A stretch of 64,000 nucleotides of DNA from Octopus sinensis (taxonomy: Eukaryota). The notes beneath the pieces are model-generated. The model did no database searches and was not told the origin of the DNA. It was given only the letters and a program-made list of their open reading frames with translations. The stretch lies in assembly GCF_006345805.1 (NCBI RefSeq), contig NC_043006.1, positions 69,440,001-69,504,000 on the forward strand, given 5' to 3'. The first letter of the stretch is position 1; each line of letters opens with the position of its first letter. A program made the translations under genes and the position numbers. Positions 1 through 14,243 of this stretch are shown piece by piece.

Positions 1-31
1 CTAGTGTATTTCTATTTGTGTGGACATTTGA

Positions 32-945
32 AATTTCTTCCTCATAGCGATAAAGAATGGTGCCGCTGCTTTGGAGTGGGAGATTGCCCCACCCAAGCAG
101 TGGTTAAAAGATATGAAGGAGAGGGCGGTGGTGATTAGAACTTATTCTAAAGTTCTTGATTCCATCCGACTGGATTGGGAGATAGCGGGCCCAGGTTCTT
201 AAATGTAAGGGTATTGCCGGCGGTTAATTGGGAAGAGTCAAAAGCGATTTTGACCCTGTGGAACCCATCGGATGTGGTTGAGAAGGCTTCAGCCACCTCA
301 ACCCAAAAAGGATCAAAAAGGAAGAATGCGGGCAACAATTGTTGCCTGCCGAGGGACCCTAAGGCTTCGGGAGGTGGGGGAGAGACTCCGGATAAAGCGG
401 AAGAGCTCCGCTCTCCCGAAGTCAGGAAGAAAACAAAAGAAAGAAAGAAAAAGAACGGGTCATCGCAGGGGGGAGATGATGTGCCGTCTGCATGTTCCGA
501 GGTTGTGCCACCCACGGCGGAAGAAACGACCCCCACCCTTGAAGAGGATGAATTAATTATCTTTTTCTACAAGGGCGGGGAGGTGGAAAAATAGTAGAAG
601 AATATAAAGAGACAGTAGATATGCCCTTCGCACGGGAACCCGAATGACCTCTGCAGATATCTGTGGAGGTCATAAGGTTTCCCTTGTGGGAAAGGCTTAA
701 AGGATTTGGGGAGGAATGTCGCATATGGCCGGGTAGCCCTTACACGACTTACATGTCCTACATGAGTGAAGCATGGGAAATGGCGAGATACAGGAACTCA
801 AGCGGCATTGAAGATAATGATGAATATATCGATGGGTATATCGATGAGTAGGAGGTGAAAAAACCTCGTTAGAGGGTTTGAAACATCATCTTATTGTATT
901 ATTTGTAGTGGTTTATAACCTCAATGGTGTGTTTAAAAAAAAAAA
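32..945 (+). pseudogene. Disrupted, GC-richer coding-like segment, probably a retroelement ORF1-like remnant, ending near an A-run
   Basis: Complex non-repetitive reading frames (NFFLIAIK...DSIRLDW, then ORF 175-594, then 663-851) are broken by frameshifts and stops. A short AT-rich tail and an A11 run near 934-945 follow. I recognised no domain. Confidence 0.4.
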
Positions 946-1143
946 TTTTAAGAAAGAGGTTTGAAACCTCATATTGATTTAAAAAAAAAAGAAAATATGT
1001 TTTCGAGAAAAATCCAATCGGCGGGTGTTGGGTTTCGTCTCTCATTTATTAATTTTATTTCATTTTCATTCATCAATGTGTTTGTCCAGCCTGCAAAGCT
1101 ACACAATCTTTGTACTGTCTTTATGACAAATTTTATGAAATAA

Positions 1144-1266
1144 AGTAGCTTGCTTACGAACCTCATGGTTCCGGGTTCAGTCCCACTGCGTGGCACCTTG
1201 GGATCTAAGCCTTGTGAGTGGATTTGGTAGACGGAAACTGAGAGAAGCCCGTCGTATATATGTATG

Positions 1267-1297
<31 letters not shown>

Positions 1298-1527
1298 ATG
1301 AGTGTATATATGCTTGTGTGTCTGTTTGTCCCCCCACCCCAACATCGTTTGAAAACCGATGCTGGTGTGTTTACGTCCCCGTAACTTAACGGTTCGGCAA
1401 AAGGGACCGATAGGATAAGTACTAGGCTTCCAAAGAATAAGTCCTGAGATCGATCTGCTCGACTAAAGGTGGTACTCCAGCATGGCCACAGTCAAATGAC
1501 TGAAACAAGTAAAAGAGTAAAAGAATG
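1144..1527 (+). mobile_element. tRNA-derived SINE family B (CORE-like central segment, OR1/OR2-like), 5'-truncated with a small internal deletion
   Basis: B-box-like GGTTCAGTCC, GGCACCTTGGG, an internal (TA)n, and the tail TGACTGAAACAAGTAAAAGA. These features are shared with the copy at 26878. Confidence 0.8.
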
Positions 1528-1543
1528 AGTATATATATATATT

Positions 1544-1589
<46 letters not shown>

Positions 1590-1599
1590 ATGTATATAT

Positions 1600-1904
1600 A
1601 GTATTAATGAAATAGATGGAATAAAAGATTTTATTTAGAACGACACATGTTTCGACCCGTTCTGGGTCTCTTAGGGTACATAAATATATATAAAAAGTCT
1701 CACTAGAGATTTTCTGTTTCGGTTTTACGTACCGCTGTATGTCCTCAAAGTTGATGTTCATACCGCGGTACGTTAAACCGTATCAGAAAATGTCTAGTGA
1801 GAATTTTAGATAATTAATTTATTTATGTAGCCGAGGAGACTCAGAACATGTGTCGTTCTCAAGAAAATTTTTTACTCATTCCATCCATCTATTTTATTAA
1901 TACT
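1600..1904. mobile_element. Imperfect ~305-bp palindrome with degenerate hammerhead-like motifs in both arms (Penelope-like LTR remnant)
   Basis: The arms AGTATTAAT...GAACGACACATGTT and AACATGTGTCGTTC...ATTAATACT are complementary. An inner stem CTCACTAGAGATTTTCTG / CAGAAAATGTCTAGTGAG is also present. Confidence 0.7.
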
Positions 1905-2329
1905 GTTACTTTAACCACCACTATGAAGTTCCTGCAATAAATCTACGGAAAACAACCGGTAATCGAAACTGTGACGGTGCTTTACTCATCATCTATTTAT
2001 GCATTTTGTATAATCTCTCCATTAAATATATATATATATATATATGATTTCGTATTTGCTGTAAAGCTACTTGGGTGAATTAATTGTCCAGTTTTTTTTT
2101 CCATTCCAAAGCAATTGTTAAACTGAACAGAAATTAATCGCTCTGAATACTTAGCAAAAATGCAGAATTTTACTTGAAAGTTCGTTTTAAAAAATTTGCT
2201 AATGTGTCACGTGAGAATAAAATATTAAGAAATTTTTTTTTTACCGTAATGCGAAAGACAAGTATTTGTGTAAAATACAAATATTTACTTTTGCACGAAC
2301 ACCATTTTCCATGCATACCTACTTATTAT

Positions 2330-2518
2330 ATATATGCATAATGTATATGTGTGTGTATGTGTGTGTGTGTATATATATGTATATATATATGCATATATAT
2401 GTATATATATATGTATGTATATATATATATGTATATAATATATGTATATATATATGTATATATATGTATATATATGTATATATATATATATATGTATATA
2501 TATGTAATATATATATGT

Positions 2519-2574
<56 letters not shown>

Positions 2575-2591
2575 GTATATATTATATAATA

Positions 2592-2632
<41 letters not shown>

Positions 2633-2841
2633 GTGTATGTATATATATATATATATATGCATATATATAGGTATATATACATATATATATATATATGCAT
2701 ATATATAGGTATATATACATATATATATGCATATCTATATCTATATATGTATATATATATGAATGTATATACATATATATATATCAATGTGTACGTATAT
2801 ATATGTATATGTGTGTGCGTGTGTGTGTGTGTATATGTATG

Positions 2842-2892
<51 letters not shown>

Positions 2893-2920
2893 GCGAACGG
2901 AATAGTGATCCCGTAGATAC

Positions 2921-2963
<43 letters not shown>

Positions 2964-2965
2964 AA
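2330..2965. repeat. Compound (TA)n/(TG)n microsatellite array
   Basis: Directly visible; it produces the Y/I/M/C-rich spurious ORFs in all six frames. Confidence 0.97.
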
Positions 2966-3270
2966 CTGCATATACATATTTATGCGCTTATATTTTTCCT
3001 CAATTGCACATTTTCAGACACATATATTTCCACTTAGATAAATATGCAGTCTTATATACATAGAAAGGAAAGAAACTTTTACAGAAGAGGAAGAAAAAAG
3101 ATTCCAAAGCAAAGAGGAAATAAAAAAAGGGGAAAATAGAAAGAACATTTTTTTCGTTTTGTGCATCAAAATGTCGTTTGACTATATTCAGAACATATAA
3201 ACACCTACAAACACACACACACACACACGACTTTCGTACATGCACGCATGCATATATATACATATATATA

Positions 3271-3346
<76 letters not shown>

Positions 3347-4112
3347 TGTATGTATGTATGTATGCATGTATGTATGTATGTATATTTCTATATACAGAGA
3401 GTGAAAGAGAAATGCATAAACATCACGGTAGACAAATAGGTTTACGTATAAAAAGACCGACGTATAGACGTTATTAATGTCACATGTGTGATATTTTACT
3501 GAGTCTATTGAGGATGCTTTTGAAATTATATATTCTTATTTTATTAGCAATATAATAAGTCCTCATGACGTGGGGTAAATAAACGCACGCACAACGCTCA
3601 TACACACTAATACGCGTTGATATAAGCACTTATACTCACATTCACTCACTCATATACACACGTTCCCACGTACACATTACAAATGCACATATACATCCAC
3701 AGGCGTATATAATCTGTTTTTTTTTTTTATTCAATGTTCTGGCCATGCTGTTACAGACTGTCTCTTCAATTAATGACAGAGTTTCATACCTTCGCATTCA
3801 TATATGCATCATGCAATGACGTCAGCTCAGCTGGATTATTAGCAGTAGATATCCGGTTTTTATTTTGATGTCTTACAGCCATTCTTTGCATGGGACCATA
3901 TCGAAACTTAAGGAGCATTTTTCATGCAGGTTACTAGAACGCTGTTTGTATTTGAAGCTTAAAGTATTTCAATATTCGGTGTTAACTCTACTCCATTCAT
4001 CAAGGGCAGAAATAAGCCTTCTTGCCCTCGCATTTTAAGTGTCCTCAGAATCCATCTAACAGTTGTCTACGTGTTCTTAGTCATCTTAGTAATATATGCT
4101 CGAAACAATGTA

Positions 4113-4432
4113 AAGCTGGCCCTCCATCGGTTGCGACGGCGAGGGTTCCAGTTGATCCGATCAACGGAACAGCCTGCTCGTGGAATTAACTTGCAAGTGG
4201 CTGAGCACTTCACAGACGTGCGTGCTCTTAGCGTAGATCTCAGATAGATTCACCGTGACACAGAATGTGACAAGGCTGGCCCTTTGAAATACAGTTACAA
4301 CTAATTTCGGACAAGAGCAACGGGAAAATAAAATGTCTTTCTCAAAGTCAGAACGTACCGGTGGGAATGGTACTCACGACCTTATGATCCCGAGCCGAAT
4401 ACCCTAACCACCAAGCCACGAGCCTTCACATA
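4113..4432 (-). mobile_element. tRNA-derived SINE family C
   Basis: Reverse complement of the 58875 element, sharing GCCACTTGCAAGTTAATTCCACGAGCAGGCTGTTCCGTTGATCGGATCAACTGGAACCCTCG. Near-perfect 12-bp TSD CGAAA(C/T)AATGTA at 4101-4112 and 4433-4444. Confidence 0.85.
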
Positions 4433-4444
4433 CGAAATAATGTA

Positions 4445-5520
4445 CATGTTACTCATTTTGAGTCTCAGATCACGCCCTGATTCTTATCCTGGGATTGTAA
4501 CCTCTTCCGCTACTATCTTACTTGCAATGTGTAAGAGATCTGATATAAAATGTTTGTTATTTTCATCAAGAAATTGCGTGGTGTTTTCTCTCAATCCATT
4601 TGATTATTATATTGTGTTTTTCTGGAGGCTTTTGGTTTCAGTGTGGAACTCTTGTATGTCTTTGGTATTTACTATACACAGAGAATGTCTCTTCGTATAA
4701 TGGAGGACATGTTTGAAACAGCAAGTAGAAAGTGTCATGGCTCAAACACAGTTCCTTAAGGGAATTTAGAATTCTTGTATACTTTGAGAGAACACCGTTA
4801 GCAGCAAAAGATTAACTTCCGCTACTTGGAATCATGCATCTGCTCCCTTTGTTTTCCAGCTATTATGAAAACACGCAGTATGTGACATATCATTTCTTGT
4901 TCAAATTTGCTGAAGTCCCTTGCAAAGCTGAGGTCTATCACATTAATATTTGAATGACTGAGTAACTGTTTCAATGTCCAGTTGTAGTACTGTATCTAGG
5001 TGAGGTTGCTGCTGCTTCTACCGGACAGAAGCCAGGATGTGTTTCAGTCAGCAAATCGTTTCCCTCTGATAATTCGTTCCGCCCCACTGTTTCTGTTATG
5101 TATAGGATGTAATCCATCTTTCAGGTTCTTGGAAAGTTTATCATTTTCATGGAAGTTTTTGTGAACAATCAGAAGTAGCTTTTCTAGATCTTTTTTGCAT
5201 GTTTTCAAGAGAATTTTCGAGAATTGGTGGTGAAGGCCTATTGTAAAGCGTAGTCTCATAGCTTCATCTATGGTTGATAAAATTGCCTCTTTCTCCATAA
5301 TATTGATGCAAGATATGGCTTCCAAATTTCTATGCAGAACTGTGGTGTTGAAGAATTTATCTGGCTGACTTATTTGCATACATTGCAACGGGATATTGGA
5401 AAATTTTGAATTGTTCAGTCAGTATTTCCCTTCCGTTTTGTTATCTGCAGCCAGTGAATGATGTCTTTTGAAGAACGACTCCGTTTTGTTATGCTCTGAA
5501 ACAAAACTACAAGAAGAAAA
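4445..5520 (-). mobile_element. Decayed CR1/L2-like LINE reverse-transcriptase fragment
   Basis: The broken minus-strand translation NVIDLSFARDFSKFEQEMICHILRVFIIAGK...AANGVLS...P*GTVFEP resembles the RT segment YLDFAKAFDKVDH...GIAGK...NGVLS...PQGTVLGP. It has many stops and frameshifts. Confidence 0.65.
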
Positions 5521-5927
5521 AAGGAAAATAAAATTCATACTTTCTACCACAATAGTTTCATTTTCAGCTCTCTCTTTTTAATTGGAAAATTGCAGAAGAC
5601 CGTTTCGGTCATATTCCTTATAGCTGAAAGTTTTCTTTTTAAATAAATGTTCGATATTTATTCATTTGAACTCTTTTGAGATATTTCTTTGTTTCACCAT
5701 TATTTTTTCTGTCGTTGAAAATTATATTTTTGTGTACGTTCGTTTTTCTTTCGGGGGAAAAATTTAATTCATATCGCTTGTTTGCATTTACTTGAAATTC
5801 TTTCAATTTCATGTCATTAACCTTTTTAGGCAGATTTTCGAAGCAGTTCCTGTAGATATCGTTTCCTTCTGAAATAATTTCTGCTGAAACTCATCTCATA
5901 AATGTGTAGGCTGGAGAGAGAGAGAGG

Positions 5928-5962
<35 letters not shown>

Positions 5963-6588
5963 CACCATGTAAAATGCATTTCTATAGTTAGTTTTGGACT
6001 GCACATTTTTAATTCAACCAGATTATGAGAAGAATACGTAAGCTACACCTCACCCCACCTTAACATAATAGGTAAGATTTTTGTTATTTGAGAAGCAAAG
6101 ATCTTAAGTGTAGACGTCTCTAGTGGGGTAAAATATTGTTAGAAACATGAACAGTAAGTTAATGAAGTCAAACACTTTTCTACTGTTCATCCATCAACGA
6201 GATACGGCCCTCAGGGATTTTCAGCGAGGTTGAAATCGTCATATATTTTTACATCAATATATTGATCTGCTTTTATTAATCCAGTGTTTCTCAGGCGTCC
6301 TTCAAATGGTCTATTGTACTTTTCAGGCATCCAGTAAACATATATAGGTATATATATATATATAATATATATATACATAAATGCATATAAATGTATAAAC
6401 ACATTTACATACGTATGCATATATAAATACATATATACATGTATATACAATTACATATATACATACATAACATATATATATATATATATATACATATACA
6501 TAAATGCATATAAATGTATACACACATATGCATATGTAAATACATATATACATGCATATACAATTACATATATACATGCATATACAAT

Positions 6589-6627
<39 letters not shown>

Positions 6628-6630
<3 letters not shown>

Positions 6631-6865
6631 AATGTAGGATTACTAAGCAGGAATCGTATAAATATATTTATCAATATTGAGTGTTGTAAAATAAAATGAC
6701 ATCTTTGTTTTTTTAAAAAACACCAATATACGATACAAAATATTCATTCCAGTAATTGACTTGATATCATTATACATTTTTTGCCTCTTTTAAGGCATAA
6801 AAACGAATATAAATTTGAAAACAAAAACATTTTACAGAATTTTCATGAATGTTATGCATTTTCAT
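6628..6865 (+). repeat. ~240-bp direct repeat, copy 1
   Basis: GTAATGTAGGATTACTAAGCAGGAATC...GAATGTTATGCATTTTCATG recurs at 9128-9365 with scattered substitutions. Confidence 0.9.
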
Positions 6866-7684
6866 GTTATTCATAGAACTGCATTAATCCGCTTTATATA
6901 TATATATATATATATATTATTTTTAATTAGTGTGTCCCAAACCGTGTTTTATTATGACAACAGAATTTGTGATGTGATATCTCAACTGTTTTTCTTTTCA
7001 GTAAGACGACGTACTTTCGTTTTCTATATCCACATAATTTGTTGCTAGGTGTTTTCCTGTAAGTACAATGAATGTTCCCTGATTGCACATTGCTTGATAG
7101 AGATTATATATCATTTCTTCAGAAAGAGATTTTTACACTACGCTGCAACAGATCTTATATTCAACAGCAGGACTGTTGGGAGACGAATGTGGCGAACATG
7201 TTAGATGTATCATTTGTGGTGGTCTTATGAGTTGGTTGACGTAATTCGCAGCCAGTGTCTGCTGCAGTCAGATCGAATGCTATACTATTTTCTGCCACAT
7301 GATTACGAAACAGCTTAAATACGCGGTGACCCCATTCATATGGTTGGATGCACAATTGCTATCGGTTTCTCCATTTACGATGCGTGTGTGAGAGTGAATT
7401 AGCGAACGTGGCAGGTCACAGGAATCAAACAAATCACATGATGATGATCTCAACCATTCAACCACTTCGAGAGTATTATGAGGAATTTGAGACCTATTAG
7501 TAATATGAACTATTTCTGTGATTGTACACACACACACACAAACACACACGCACACACACACACACATGTACACGTACACAGTCTCGTACATAGAGAAATT
7601 TATGTGTATGTATACGTATAAAGCTGTAGTCATAAATATATACAACTACATATATGGACAAAGAAAACACCCACACAACGCACG

Positions 7685-7742
<58 letters not shown>

Positions 7743-7799
7743 AGCAGACAGAGAGAGAGGGAGAGTAGAATAGAGAGAGAGAGAGAGAGAGAAAGTAAA

Positions 7800-7846
<47 letters not shown>

Positions 7847-8199
7847 GTGATTTCTTCAGTTTCCGGCTAGCAAATTCCATTTTCACAAAACATTGCTCCA
7901 CTGGAGGTAAAGTGGAAAAAATGGATATATATGTATATATATTCGTGAGTGTATATGTGCCAACTGACTGAGTGTATATGGAAGTGATTTGCATATGAAT
8001 GAGTCAAAGTAATTAGGTTCATTAAGACTACAACATCAAACAGAACAGATTGCCACTAAACGTTTTGTATATTTATTTATTGATCTAAGATTTTGAAAAA
8101 GAAAAATATACGACAAAAATTATATTTTTTCTCCTTTTTGTACTTTAATAGATTGGTACAAAGAAAATATTTTATATGAACATAAAACACTTTTTTTAT

Positions 8200-8346
8200 T
8201 ACTTTGGAATATATATGTATATATATGTATATATATATGCAAGTATATATGTATAAATATACACACACACATATATATACATACATATTTGTATGTATAT
8301 ATGTATAAATTTACATACATATACATACATATGTATGTATATCAAT

Positions 8347-8384
<38 letters not shown>

Positions 8385-11191
8385 CATATACATGTATAAA
8401 TAATGTTTGCATGCATGTATGTAGATGTGTGCGTGGTGTGTTGTGACTGTGCATCTGTATATGTATTATGTAATGACATATAAATAAAATCGTACATATG
8501 TATATGCACATGAATATATATATATTTTTATATCGATATGCATATATATATATATATTATATATATATATATATACATCTTGAGGATAGTTCAGTGTGCA
8601 CTACATGTTTTATATATGCACTCATGCATCCATTAATATACATACTAATATATGTATATAAATATATATATATATAATCCATTGTTAATGTCAACGTAAG
8701 TGGTTTGAAATAAATTGTATATGAAAATAACATTTATTTCAAAATACATACGTATTCCAACATACACATACGCATATATATATATAGGCATATAAATGTA
8801 TACACACATACATATACGTATACATATACACATACATATATGTATAGATATACATACATACATGTGTACATATACATATATACATACATGCATGTATACA
8901 TATACATACATGTATATATATACATACATACATGTATATATATACATGTATATATACATACATACATGTATACATATACATATATACATACATGTATACA
9001 TACACATATATACATACATACATGTATACATATACATATATACATATATATATATATGTATATGTATACATGTATATATGTATAATGTATATGTATACAT
9101 GTATGTATGTATATATGTATGTATGTTGTAATGTATGATTACTAAGCAGGAATCCTATAAATATATTTACCAATATTGAGTGTTGTAAAATAAAATGAAA
9201 TTTTTGTTTTTTTAAAAAACAGGAATATACGATACAAAATATTCATTCCAGTAATTGACTTGATATTACTATATATTTCTCGCCTCTCTTAAAACATAAA
9301 AAAGAATATAAATTTAAAAATAAAAACATTTTACAGACTTTTTAATGAATGTTATACATTTTCATGCAATTTCACTTGAGTTATTTTGATTTTTATAGAT
9401 TTTTCACATACATAATTAAATATTTATTGGAAATATTTGTTTGAAATATTGTTTAATATTTTATGTTATTTTATTTTATTTCTTTTATACGCTTCTTTTT
9501 TTTTCGAATTTTCGATTCGGCTACAGTGTAATAAAATATTTAATTTCAATAAAAAAAGGATATTTCAAAATATAAAACAGGAAATGATTTTAATATTTCG
9601 ATGAGAAATAAATCATAACAAGGGAAAAATAGTTAACATTTCAAAACACACAACCTCAGTTTCGTATTTATTTATATAATTCTCTTTATTATTATTATGC
9701 ATATGGTATATTATATATATATATGTATGCATACACATATATATATATATATATAGTTTATATATATATATATATGTATGTATACACATATTATATATAT
9801 ATATATAGTTATATATATATATACATATATATATATATAGTTATATATAGATAGACATAGATGTATACAAAGATATATGTACATATATATAAATATATAG
9901 ACACACACACATATATATATAATGTATTTTTATACATTTATGCATTTCAACTTTAAGGAATTTCTCAGCTAACAGCTCTAATTTTTTTTAAATAATTTTT
10001 TCTATAGTTGTATATTTATTAAATGTACCACAATATCACATGTATCGTACACCATGATAATATTTATCTGTTTATGATGGAAAAAAATATGTTACAAACG
10101 TATACTAAACATTGAACTACATGACCACAGGATACACGATGAAGAAAAACTACCAAATATTTACTTTTCCAGAAGTTAATTAATCAATTATATAGCCTTA
10201 TCTCTTTTTTCAAAGAAATATGTAGTTTTTAATATATATATCTATATATATATATATTATATATATATATATGTACGTTATAAATTGTTAAGGAATATAT
10301 GTAACATATATGCATACGTTATAAATGTTTAGGAATATATATATTTATATTGAACATATATATATATGTACATTTTTATACTTATGTATGTATATATATA
10401 TGTATATATATATGTATATATATTTATGTATGTATATATATATATTTATGCATGTAAATATATATGTATATATATTTATGCATGTAAATATATATGTATA
10501 TATATTTATGCATCTATATATATTTGTATATATATTTATGCATGTATATATATAAGTATGTATATACATATATATGTGTATATACTATGTATATATGTAT
10601 ATATATATTATGTATATATATGTATGTGTGTGTATATATATATTATATATATATATATGTATACATAATATATATATGCAATTTAAATATATAGATTAAT
10701 TTATGTTTATATATAGCTGCATATGAATTAGTTGAATTTTCAAATACTTTGCTCATTTTTTTTGGACATCCAATACGGATTTCAAAACACAACCATATTG
10801 TTTTATCAAAATATCCATTTTCGTGTGGATTATTACACACACTAACATAGAGACACTGTCGGAAACACATACGTATGTATGCATACATATACACAAAACA
10901 AAAAAACACACCATGTTTAAAATTTGACTGATTTATTATAAATTATTTATTAAATTAATTAACTATGGTTTTGTTAAAAGTAAATTCCAAATTCTGAGCC
11001 GCTTCATATCAACAACTTCAATACTTGCTGGAATGATAATTTTACGATCTAGCAATTCTGAAGTAGTTCTGATCTTTCCAGAACTTACTCATTCTGTGTA
11101 TTGCATATGAGCCCATATACGTAAGGAATACGTACTCAATATATAAAGATAACAGACGGTGTAAAATCTCATTCTTATTTGCTCATATATA

Positions 11192-11241
<50 letters not shown>

Positions 11242-11362
11242 TGTATCTATATATTTATATTATATAAATATTGTATATAAAATGCATATATATGTATATA
11301 ATATATTATATACATATTTATAATATATATATATATTAAATATGTGTGTGTGTATATGTATG

Positions 11363-11395
<33 letters not shown>

Positions 11396-11620
11396 ATATG
11401 TATATATATATATATATATATGTTATATATATATATATATATATAGTATGTTTTGTATATATATATATATATATATATGTTTGTAATATAATATATATAT
11501 ATATATGTTTGTATATATATATATATATGTTTGTATATATATATATATGTTTGTAATATATATATATGTATATATATATATATATGTACATGTTTGTATA
11601 TATATGTATGTATATATATA
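8200..11620. repeat. Series of TA/CA-rich compound microsatellites, including a ~28-bp minisatellite near 10410-10550
   Basis: Directly visible; the unit TATATATATTTATGCATGTAAATATATATG-like repeats several times. Confidence 0.85.
9128..9365 (+). repeat. ~240-bp direct repeat, copy 2
   Basis: Matches 6628-6865; both copies directly follow a TA/CA array. Confidence 0.9.
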
Positions 11621-12142
11621 TCGAGCTGATTATATAACTGAAATTCCACATGTCATTGTTGATATAACTACGTTCAACTGAATTTGGCATTTTATTGTTT
11701 CACACAGAATTATTATTATTAGTATGATTATCATCATCATTATTATCATTAACTTTTAACAAACCAAGGCCAGTTGACAATACGATTCAATATATTCATA
11801 TGGGTGTATTTATCTGAAGTTACGTTGTGTGTTCATGTTTTCGAACGCTCGTGTTCATCTGAGTGTCTGAGTGTCACAAAAAGAACTATTATAAGAGAAA
11901 CACATTAAAAAAAAATATATCATCAACATCATCATCATTATTTCAATTATCGCCCCTCATTTTCATCACCACCATCATAATCATCATCATAAAATTCAGT
12001 CAGAATTGGAAGGTGGGAAATGTGGAAGAAAAACATTATTGAAGATTAGACTTCTTTCTATAATCTGAATTTCCTATAGATGAAAACGATGACAGAGATG
12101 TTGCTGCTGTTGATGAGGATGTTGAAAATAATAATAATAATA

Positions 12143-12358
12143 ATCTTTTCTACTGTAGGCACAAGACCTGAAATTTTGGGGGAAGGGGGATGATCGATTA
12201 CACCGACCCCAGCGCGTAACTGGTACTTATTTCATCGACCCCGAAAGGATGAAAGGCATAGTCAACCTCGACAAAATTTGAACTCAGAACGTAAGGACGG
12301 ACGAAATGCTGCTAAGCACTATGCCCGGCGTGCTAACGATTCTGCCAGCTCGCTGCCT
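12143..12358 (-). mobile_element. tRNA-derived SINE family A, full length
   Basis: The minus strand reads AGGCAGCGAGCTGGCAGAATCG (A box), GAGTTCAAATTT (B box), then the central GCCTTTCATCCTTTCGGGGTCGAT...AAGTACCAG. It is flanked by (ATT)n. Confidence 0.9.
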
Positions 12359-12371
12359 AAATAACAACAAC

Positions 12372-12405
<34 letters not shown>

Positions 12406-13394
12406 TTGCAGTTGTCTTATTTACATAAATGATCATGATGATGTTAATCTTAGCATGGTATATATATATATATATATATCAACTTTCAAAAATAATCGAT
12501 AAAAATGTATAATCAAACCATGTTACTGACACGGTTTGTTAATAGTTAAAAATACTTTCAACTAACAAGAATAACAATAGCAACAACAATCATGAGAACA
12601 ACAACAATAACAACAAGATCAACAACATGATTATTTTAGAACAATATAGAAGAAAAATACATTTAAAGATGAAGAAAGTTCATAAAACACGCGACAGATA
12701 ATGCAAAGTCCATTTTTTTAACTTCATTTTTATATCTTTTTTTTATGTTTAATTTTTGATTTTGTATAAGTATAGTTATGATAATTTTTTTATTCATATA
12801 TATATATTATATTTTAATGAATCTTTTTCTTAAATGCAAAGGGGAAATAATTATGAATTGATATCACCCAGCTGATATCACGATCGTCCTGTATGGACTT
12901 CTGAAGTTTGGTTCATCATTGAAAAATATTAATGAGCTATTGAAATTCCCTAAATTTCTGTATTGCAGTCTCGTTATTATTATTATTATTATTACTTTTT
13001 AAAGGTCTATGTTTATAATGGGCCTTTACAACGCAACTGAACCCAAACTCAGATCTTAGTGCGTTGGGCTTATGTAATGATTTCTTTTGGTTTTGTGCTT
13101 TCTATTATTATTATTATTATTATCGATTTGTTTTTAGGCATGTGTTGCAGACAATTCTAATGTGAGGACGTGGTGTGAATGGTCACACTGACTTACCAAA
13201 ATTTGGCAAGTGATTGGTACTTCTGGCAATGATCCTTTTCTTCAAAAATGGATGAAAGTTAAATTTTTCGCTCTTCTGCAAAATTTCGAACTGATGGTAG
13301 TTTCACTACCATAAAAATCCCATTGTTTATAATCTCATGAATGTGACAGAAATCCTTATCGGTGGAAACCTGACATTTTTTCTCTGCAATTGAT

Positions 13395-14203
13395 TGGCAT
13401 TTTACCGATCACTAAAAGATTGCAAAGTTGACCTCGGCCGAATTTAAACTCAGAATTTAGAAGACGTAACAAAAACACAAGGCATTTTCGCTAAACGCTC
13501 TACTGATTCTTCCCATTCAACGCTTTTAATAATAATAATAACAATAATAATAATATTAATGGTTTCAAATTTTGGCACAGGAGCAGCAGATTTTATGGGG
13601 AGAGGGAAGTCGATTTCATCAACCCCAGTACTTAACTGGTATTCTATTTCATCGTGTTTGAAAGTATGAACAGTAAAGTCGACATCGATGCAATGTGATC
13701 TCAGAATGTAAAGCCGGAATAAATGCCGCTAAGCATTTTGTCCGGTGTGCTAACGATTCTCCCAGCTCGTTGCCTGATAATAATAATAATAATAATAATA
13801 AAACATTTACGCTTAGGCACAAGGCTCCTAATTTAAAGATTACATGACGTTCATCACTTTCTAAAGTGTATTTATAAGTGAATGTGAAGTGAAATGACTC
13901 AAACCGGGAAATGAAGTTCACATTCAGAAACACAGCTTATGTTTAAAGGCAATCAAATGATGAAGATGAGAATATAACGATAATAATAATGATCCTTTCT
14001 ACTATAGGTGCAATGCCTGATGTTTTAAATGAATAAGTTAATCAATTATATCGGACCCAGCGCTCGACTTGTACATATTTTCTCGACCCCTGAAAGGATG
14101 AAAGGCAAAGTCGATGTCGGCGGATTGCGAACTCAGAACGTAAAGATGAACAAAATGCTGCGAAGCATTTTGTCCGGCGTGCTAACGATTCAGCCAGCTC
14201 ACC

Positions 14204-14243
<40 letters not shown>

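Noticed and set aside
2266-3041. Long Y/I/M/C/H-rich ORFs here and at 6-11 kb, 19 kb, 44 kb and 60-64 kb
   Set aside because: They are translations of (TA)/(CA)/(TG) microsatellites, open on both strands with no protein features.
3817-3824. Perfect CRE palindromes TGACGTCA (also at 35290-35297)
   Set aside because: Two 8-mers in 64 kb with no promoter context are not distinguishable from chance.
13197-13280. Possible minus-strand exon bounded by TTTTGCAG and GTAAGT (KSEKFNFHPFLKKRIIARSTNHLPNF)
   Set aside because: No recognisable homology and no partner exons; splice-like signals are frequent by chance in this DNA.
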